From Caecitellus pseudoparvulus (Eukaryota > Protista > Bigyra: Bicosoecida), in assembly GCA_965644315.1 (NCBI GenBank), contig CBFFRQ010000039.1, positions 1 to 64,000 of the forward strand: DNA of 64,000 bases, given 5' to 3'. Below the pieces are notes generated by a model. It saw nothing but the letters and a program-made list of their open reading frames with translations, was not told the origin of the DNA and searched no databases. The stretch's first letter is position 1. Each line of letters begins with the position of its first letter. The position numbers and the translations under genes were made by a program. Shown here piece by piece: positions 56,776 through 64,000 of this stretch.

Positions 56776-57417
56776 TCAGTACTTCAACACGCCCAGGCCA
56801 AACACCGCGACGAGGACTCCCACTTCAAACAGAGCGGGAAGCAGCGTGCAGAACGCGAAGATGTACCTGCCGTCCAAGGAGGGTGAGTGTGGAAGGTGTG
56901 CAGGCAGGGGGAGCGTAGCGGCGTTGCTGCACGCACCAAATGGCTATGTAGTGCCAGGAGTCCAGAATAAACAGTGCAGTCAGAAGCCCGCCCATAAACT
57001 GGCAAACCAGCTGTATTAAGTTCACCTGTGCAGCGCAGAGGCACGGGGGGGTGGTGCGTGGAGCCAGACGAAGCACACAGCGCCCCCACACGCACGCTCC
57101 GGAAGAAGAGCGTGAAGCCGCCGAAGATGCCATTGAAATGCAGCGCGAAGCAAATGACGCTCAAGGCAAATGCCGCAGCAAAGGAAGACTCGGCGCTGGC
57201 CTTGGTGTCACCTGCAGGGCTGGACGGCAGTCCCGCTGCAATGCTGGCATCCTGCACGGCAGCGGGAGCGTTTCGTGAGCGTTGCAGGCGTAACGCCAGC
57301 CAGCAACGCTCGCCAAGCATGCACACGCACCCGATGGAAGTACGCAAGCAGCAAGAGGATAAAGTGTCCTGTCGTAAGAAGGAACCGGCACGGCACCACA
57401 ACGTCTGTGCGCACCAT
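56776..57417 (-). CDS. TMEM107: Ciliary transition-zone protein TMEM107, 3 introns
   Basis: Spliced: VVPCRFLLTTGHF..RDASIAAGLP..FGGFTLFF..FILDSWHYIAIWYIFAFCTLLPALFEVGVLVAVFGL, paralleling TMEM107 (LVPSRFLTLLAH..RDSNIQACLP..WYIFVFCSALPAVTE). Confidence 0.88.
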
Positions 57418-57876
57418 GCTTGGCCGCAGGGTGTGATGCAGCAAGCCAAGCCGTTCACAGACGCTGGCTCACGAGCAGTGAAGTGTGGGAATGGAACCAG
57501 CTTGATCAGAACTGGCCGTTGTTTTCCATTCCACGGTGATGTTTTGTCCGCACACGTCGGATTGAGTTGGGTCTGGCCTGCGTCATGCTGAAGCGATCTG
57601 GATTTCGCTCTTGCCCGCCAGCCACGTCCACTCCAATCTCAACAGCAAAATCCGGATGCCCCAAACAAACTAGTCACAGGTTTTCTCCCACTTCTGTGTC
57701 CCACGCCCCCTGCGATGCAGCCGGTGAACGTCGACACGTGACGAGCGACTCAAATTCCGCGATTCAACCTTGCCGAGGCTCTTCATTGGAGCTCTCCCCG
57801 TGCCGGACACAGCTCCCCTGCACTGCAAGTGGCCTTGTACGGGTATTCGCAATTTGTCCTTGAACCATTTCCGATC

Positions 57877-59334
57877 ATGTCACCCACGAAGCTGTCACCT
57901 GGCCTGGCTCGCATGCTCGCGTTGAGCCTGCTGGCGCTGGCAACTGCAGCAGCGCCCCAGCAGCAGCTGCCACCACACACCGTGTGGCCAGCCTCGCCCC
58001 TGGGCCCCGCCAGCGCTCCAGGGCCCGACGGCACCCCCGTGCCCGTGCTTGCGCGGCGTGACTTTCCCCAGAAGTGCAAGGGCGTCTTCCTCCTCTTCCA
58101 CGGCTGCAAGAACTCCGCTGAAACGTGGGTGACCGGCCCCGAGGAACAGCGCACCCTCGCAGCCCTGCACGCAGAGGGGTACTGGACCCTTGCCATTTCG
58201 TCAGCTGCAGCAGAGGCTGCCCTGCAGGCTTCTGGGGCCGGGAGCGGCGGTTGCTGGGACACGACCCACATGAACGGCCGTGTGAATCCCGATGTGCGAC
58301 GGGCGCTGTCAGCCGTCACCTGGGCGGTGGACGCCTTCCCTGCCAGCAAGGCCTTGCCTTGGTTCGTCTTGGGCGTCAGCTCAGGCGGCGCCTTCGCCAG
58401 TGGCGTCGCCTCCCAGCTCGGCGCTTCTGTACACGTTGCCGGCCTGGCGTCCATCGTGGCGCCCATCGCAAAGGCGCCCTTCCAAGCTGCCCTGCAGCGC
58501 CTGGCTGTCATCGGCGACGCCGAGCAACAGCCCCAGCCGCCGGCCCTCCCCCGCCACGTCATCCTCTTCCCCATGCTGCGGGATGGCCGCCTGACCTCTA
58601 CCGTGCGCAAGCAGGCCCACCGCCTGTCCGCAGTGCAGGCCTCCGTGCAAGGCGCTGACTTGTCCCTGCGCGTGCACGCCCTGGCTGGCACAGACCTGTC
58701 CCTGCAGTACCTGCACACCGCCATGCCTGCCCTGCCGCTGCCCCAGGCGGCCCACCTGCTGGTGTGCTTGGCTGCCGGCGGTGCCGGGGCACTGCGGCAC
58801 GACGTGGACGTCAGCGAACACATTGGCAGCCAACACGCCAAACTGCGGCAGGTGCCGGAGGAGGGCGGCCAAGCGGATCTCGCCTGGTGGCGGGCAGCGG
58901 CGTCTGCAACGGCCGCCCTGCACTCTGCCAACGCCACGGTGCGTTTGTTGGAGAACGGCAAGGCCACCGGCGCGGCGAAGTGTGCAGCAGAGGTGGTCCG
59001 CGCCGGGCTGGCCGTGGCTGGGCGGAGCCTGCAAAAGGGGGCTCGTAGCCGAAGTTTGAGGGCTGGCGATGATGTGCTTGAACACTTGCTTAGACTACAT
59101 TCCGCAATTTCGGGGGTGGGGAGTCCAGCAGCTGCTGTGCTGCGCATGGGAGACCCAGTGGGCGCCGATGCGCCAGGAGTGGCTCTGCCGGCCGCGAACG
59201 CAGAGGTCTTGCAGAATGTTTGGACCAGTGGCATCATCGAGGTCATGAACGCTGCCTTTGCCATGCATGACATGTCGGCAGAGGTGATCCCACACCTGGT
59301 GTCGTGGGCTGCAGCAGTTGTGAACGAGGCATAG
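57877..59334 (+). CDS. Secreted alpha/beta-hydrolase (esterase-like), intronless
   Basis: Signal peptide MLALSLLALATAAA; KGVFLLFHGC; GCWD; nucleophile GVSSGG; C-terminal HDM candidate catalytic His. Confidence 0.72.
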   Translation: MSPTKLSPGLARMLALSLLALATAAAPQQQLPPHTVWPASPLGPASAPGPDGTPVPVLARRDFPQKCKGVFLLFHGCKNSAETWVTGPEEQRTLAALHAEGYWTLAISSAAAEAALQASGAGSGGCWDTTHMNGRVNPDVRRALSAVTWAVDAFPASKALPWFVLGVSSGGAFASGVASQLGASVHVAGLASIVAPIAKAPFQAALQRLAVIGDAEQQPQPPALPRHVILFPMLRDGRLTSTVRKQAHRLSAVQASVQGADLSLRVHALAGTDLSLQYLHTAMPALPLPQAAHLLVCLAAGGAGALRHDVDVSEHIGSQHAKLRQVPEEGGQADLAWWRAAASATAALHSANATVRLLENGKATGAAKCAAEVVRAGLAVAGRSLQKGARSRSLRAGDDVLEHLLRLHSAISGVGSPAAAVLRMGDPVGADAPGVALPAANAEVLQNVWTSGIIEVMNAAFAMHDMSAEVIPHLVSWAAAVVNEA

Positions 59335-60383
59335 CGCGCTGAAATATCGAATGGGTGGATGCGGTGGCCTCTAGTAGCATATGAACCGTAGTCACCAACG
59401 CTTGTGACCGCTGTCCTGGGAACCTAAAGAGCTGCTTGGGCGAAAGGAGCACTCTTAACATGGTTCGTGAAGTGCAGAGCGCGGGTGTGCCATGAACTTG
59501 GGATTGCGGGGAGTTGGCGCATGGCCCCAGGCTAAGGTTTATGGAGACACGCCGCCAGTGAAGCTCTGGGATCTGAGCACCTCCGCTGAATCACACGACC
59601 CTGCTCAGTCCTGCACCATGTTTCCAAATGTGGTTGGGATTGAGCTGTGCATGTCTGAGAAGTGGAGATTTTTCGTGTGCGCTGTGCATGAGCATTTGCA
59701 TGGATCCCAAACAAGGCAGAAGCAGCGTGATTGATGAGATGTCCATAAATGCAGCACTTTGGAAATTTGATTGGGGTGATGTGTGGCTCAATGGCGTCAC
59801 GCATGAGAAGAAGAGTGCGCCACTGCACGGCAACGCAGGTGCTGAGGGCTTTGTCGCACGCGCTTGCCATAGGCATCCTGATCCCGACTGAAGAAGTACA
59901 CTGACTACTTTGACGTGGCAAGAGGAAGACCAACGCGAAGAACAGACCAAACTTGGTACAGTGTTTGAGAGGTGGGGGGGGCTTCTGAGGCGGCAAGCAC
60001 TTCGATTTCCGCACAGTGTGGCACTCGTGCGGAGGGGGGTGTGCCGGGATGCACAGAAGCGCACCGGCACCCCAACTTGATTGAAGAACAAATCATCGAG
60101 AATAAGTCGTTCATGAGCCGCAAACTCAATGGAAGTGCTCCGTAATGGCTCTTTAGGCTGCCTGAGCTGAACGACACTCGAGTCACCACGTTTCTCGAAC
60201 GCAAGCCTGTGCAGAACTTCAACTCCTGCACTCCAACCTGAGGCCTGGTTGTCCCGCATCCACCTAAACACCACAAAGACTTCATCGCTGCAGAGTGTAG
60301 CGACATTTTCTTCACTTTCCCAGCACAGCGTCTGGAGGGTTGCACGCGCGTTGCGTTTCCGCACTGTCCGCACTGTGCACAGC

Positions 60384-63300
60384 ATGTCTCCGGCAGCCTC
60401 TGAACGCCAGCTCCGCGCATTTGCCCCCAAGCTTGCGGCGGGACGCACCCTGCCGATAAAGCAGCGCACTCTGGCTTGCTCATTCAGTGCAACTTTCTGC
60501 TGGTTCATGCTCCTGGCCACGTGTGCTGGCAAGCAAGCAGGCAGCGGAGCAGCTCCCGCAAAGCAGGGCTGGAGCTTCCAAGAACCCGAAGTGTACAGAA
60601 AACAGAATGCGAGCTCGTCACTATTCAGCCAGACCTCGAAAATTGGCGGATTTAAGTCTGTCTCCCTGCAGAGCGACGCCTTCAACCCCTTGCAAGATCG
60701 CACGCAAGAGCCTGGCACAGTTGATGCATTGGGCATTGACAAACGAGAAACACTGCCAACTTCAAGCCCACGGCGTCCAAGGCAGCTTTGGGGTATGTGC
60801 TGCAATCGATAGGATGCATTTGTCAGACGTTACGCTTTCAGAGCGCCCGACTTCCGCGAGCCGCTTCCGTGCGCAGTTCATTGCGACCCTGGGTTCAAAG
60901 CAACACACGATCTTTATGCTACTCGTTTTTGGTGTGCTCCCTGTCGTGCTGGAAGGTATTCTACAACGCGCGACTTTCGTTGGAATTGTGACCCTTGTCC
61001 AGCGGGAACTTACCAACCGCTCGCTCAACAGACTATGTGCCTATCGTGTCCAGGATCAAAGGAAAATTTTCAAACAAGTTGCCCGTACGCTCCAACATGC
61101 AAGCCAGGGGAGTATCCAACCCTTGAGAGTTCAGGTGACATCGATAGTGGAGGATCGGGCCCGACAGGTAGCAGTGGCACTGTATCAGGCGGTGAATTCA
61201 AGACAGTCGAAGCCTCTGACAGCTTTCTCACAGAAGCCTCCGTCTCGACTGTTGGAGCAAGCGTATCGACAGCCTGTGAACTTGACGCAATGTGCTCCGA
61301 GAAAGAAGCCAGAAGAGCGCAGCGAAATGCTCTCGCCCTTCCAAGCAGCCTTACAGGTGGTGCTCATGTTCACAAGCTGCAAGCCTCAGAGCGGACGTCG
61401 GCTGGGCCGTCAACGCCGACTTTGTACAGGAAATTGCAGAAGCTGGGAACCTTCTCTCCACCACATGGTACACCGCAGAACCGGCACTCCACAATTTTGT
61501 CCAAGATGTCACCTCAGCAGCACCTTGCATCAGCTCCCCGTCGCACTTTGTCATGCTCGTTGTGTATAGCCGGAAAGTACGGCACAGACGGCAAGTCTTG
61601 CAAGCCTTGCGACGATGGCACGTTTTCAAGCACGAAAGGAGCGAAGGAGTGCGAAAAGTGGAGAACTTGTGGCGCTGGACAGCGCGTGGATACCCGCGTG
61701 ACGCCATCCAGCACAGTGAACCGCGCCTGCACGGGCTGCCCAGGTGGCACCCTGCAAACCTCCACGTCCCACACCCACACAAAGTGCGAAGCCCACACTG
61801 GTTGCGGCGCTGGGACGCGAGTCCTCTCGCCCGGAACCTCGACAGCTAACCCAACCTGCACCAGCTGCACGGGGTCAACATGGCAGGGATCCAGCAACTT
61901 CTTCGGCAAGTCGTGCGCTCCCCGCAGCACTTGTCCAGCTGGCACCTTCCAGACTTCACCCGGCGACTTCAAGACCGATCGGAAGTGCGAGGAGTGCTCG
62001 GAAGCCTCATTCTCCATCTCTGAGAACGCCGCGGCCTGCAACCTTTGCAAGCCTTCCTTCTTCGGGACGGGCGTCGTGGGTGCCCCCAGCTTCGAGGAAG
62101 CGTGTGCTGAGTGCCCGCCTGGACGCAGCACGCGTGGAGAAGGCATGAAGGATGAAGGCGAATGTGGCGAGTGCGGGGTGGGAACGTACCGCAAGGCGGG
62201 CATGGCAGCGTGCGAGGAGTGCAGTGATGGCACTTTCTCCTCCGATGGATTTGAGTCTTGCTCTGCTTGTCCGGCTGGGTGGTACGGGCGTGGGGACGGC
62301 CTTGGGCCTGGGTACAAGGATGCCTGTGCACCTTGCGCAGCAGGGAAGGCGTCCACGACAAAGGGAGCGCCACACGCCAGCACTTGCACCGCTTGTGGTA
62401 CGGGCCGTTGGTCAAGTGAAGGCGCCACCACTTGCGTAGCTTGCGGGGCTGGCACGTACCGCGACCCATCCAGTGGTTGCCAGCCTTGTCCAGCTGGGCA
62501 GTACAGCAGCGGTGGCAAGGACACATGCACGCTGTGCCCCAATGGGCGATACCGCACCTCAACTGGAGGTAAGGTGGAAGGTGACTGCACTGCCTGTCCT
62601 GCTGGACGATACGGGCTGGGGACTGGGAAGTCGTCGCTTGCAGCTGGCTGCGGCGCCTGCGCAGATGGCGCCTGGTCTGCTTCTGGTGCTGCTAGCTGCT
62701 ACGACTGCCCACCAGGAAAGTACCAGACAGGCGCTGGCTGCATCCCGTGCGGCAAAGGCACGTACCAAGATGAGTCTAAGACGCTCTCGTGCAAGGATTG
62801 CCCTGTTGGCCGCCACAACACCATTCTGGGGCGAAGTACACTGGATGCCTGCTACTGGTGCCCAGCTGGCAGGTTCACCGGCTCTTCGACTGAACCGTAC
62901 ATACGCAGCACTGGCCGATCATTCTGCACTGATTGCCTGGCTGGGCGGTATCGTGCGGTGGACGAGGGCGGCAACTGCATCGCATGTGGCAATGGCGAGT
63001 ACCAGAGCAGCACCGGAGCCACAGAGTGCACGGCTTGCCCTGTGGGACGCTACCATGCGACGTCCCAGAGGACTGCGCTGTCTCAGTGTGCGCTCTGTGC
63101 GCCTGGGAAGTACACTGGCTCCGTTCGCAGCAGCACGTGCAGCTCGTGTGACCCTGGTTCGTTTGCCAGCGAGTCTGGTATGTCAACTTGCTCGCTTTGT
63201 GCCGCCGGACTGTATGCGAGCAGTGGTGGGGTGGCGGCTTGTACGAAGTGTCCGGTGGGCAAGTTTATGGACGGCCTGGGCGCCACCACTTGCACTTCAT

Positions 63301-64000
63301 GTCCCTCTGGGCGGTACCAGGACGGGCTTGGCAGCACGGTGTGCAAGGCTTGCCCAGCTGGTCGGCACCGAGACACTCGGCTCGCAGCACACGCTGGTGC
63401 GACACAGTGCTACGCGTGCGCGCCAGGCAGTTTCACGTCTCGAGAAGGCGTGCACATCACTTGCTCAGCGTGCACGCCAGGCTTCCACCAGGCAGACTGG
63501 GGTCAGACTGGCTGTAACACGTGCAACAGGGGCAAACACTCGCCCGGTTCAGGAGCATCTCTGTGCACGCTTTGCCCGGCCGGTCGGTACGAAGACAGCA
63601 CCACCAGTGCTGTGATTGAGTGCAAGACGTGCCCCAAGGGGCGCAAGTGCAGCGGCACTGGGCTGACTGAAGCACAGAAGTGCCCCCTTGGCCAGCACCA
63701 GCCCTTGACAGGGCAAACAGTCTGCAACGCCTGCGGCGTTGGGACGTACGCTGGCAGCACAGGGCTTGTGGACTGCACTGCGTGCTCGAAGGGACAGTTC
63801 CAGTCTGAGACGGGGCAGTCTCTTTGCGTGGACTGCGAAGGCGGCCGATACTCGGGCACAACCGGGCAGTCCACCTGTGATGCCTGTCCTGCAGGCAAGC
63901 ATGGAGGGACAGGGCTGTCTATATGCCAGAACTGCCAAGCTGGCTGGGCACAAGGCAGCACTGGCAAGTCGACATGCGTGCTGTGTGGTGCAGGCAAGTT
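60384..64000 (+). CDS. Large Cys-rich surface/secreted protein (ephrin-receptor-like GCC2/3 and TNFR-like CxxC repeats), 3'-truncated; intron 60793-60876
   Basis: Hydrophobic leader FCWFMLLATCAG. An 84-nt GTATGT..GCGCAG intron removes the in-frame TAG. Dozens of CxxCPAG(R/K/T)Y repeats follow, and the frame appears open to the window end. Confidence 0.82.

Noticed and set aside
14872-57417. Functional cluster of ciliary genes (Sfi1, ODF3-like, TMEM107) or cullin-pathway genes (UBC12, F-box)
   Set aside because: They are dispersed among unrelated housekeeping genes, which is compatible with chance.
59335-60383. ORFs in the 1-kb AT-richer gap, including the 404-aa minus ORF 59591-60805
   Set aside because: No motifs or coherent exon structure, and partly antisense to the Cys-rich gene. 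Treated as intergenic, though an ncRNA cannot be excluded.
60810-60812. In-frame TAG between leader and Cys-rich ORF suggesting readthrough or an alternative code
   Set aside because: It lies within a canonical phase-preserving 84-nt intron (60793-60876), and TAG is used as a normal stop elsewhere.
1050-63997. Hundreds of long antisense or alternative-frame ORFs
   Set aside because: Shadow ORFs expected at high GC. They lack motifs and overlap well-supported genes.
61560-64000. Periodic sequence resembling a CRISPR array or satellite
   Set aside because: The periodicity is at protein level (CxxC repeats), with no identical nucleotide repeats or spacers.

Overview
Compact, GC-rich eukaryotic DNA (roughly 65% GC by eye) with short GT-AG spliceosomal introns (mostly 60-130 nt, donors often GTGCGT/GTGAG). 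About 25 protein-coding genes were reconstructed by hand: a barstar-like gene, DHX16/Prp2, a split alpha/beta-hydrolase-like protein, Tim22-like, PTBP-like, Sfi1-repeat protein, secreted beta-propeller, UBC12, mitochondrial EF-G, claudin-like, MBOAT, TPR protein, three hypotheticals, ankyrin-like protein, TMEM50/Vps68, OGT, ODF3/SHIPPO-like, F-box-LRR-ankyrin, a PH-ARM-9xLIM-WW giant, SIRT2-like, TMEM107, a secreted hydrolase and a Cys-rich surface protein running off the end. TMEM107, ODF3-like and Sfi1 imply a flagellated protist; a stramenopile-like origin is my inference only. I recognised no rRNA, tRNA, CRISPR or mobile elements. Most notable: (1) a candidate poison cassette exon inside the unusually long first intron of OGT; (2) an intron-containing barstar homolog; (3) all seven convergent gene pairs abut within 52 nt or overlap; (4) two recurring non-coding motifs, AATTTCCGCA near 5' ends and strand-specific GCAATGCAC after stop codons. 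All family assignments come from motif recognition, not database searches.
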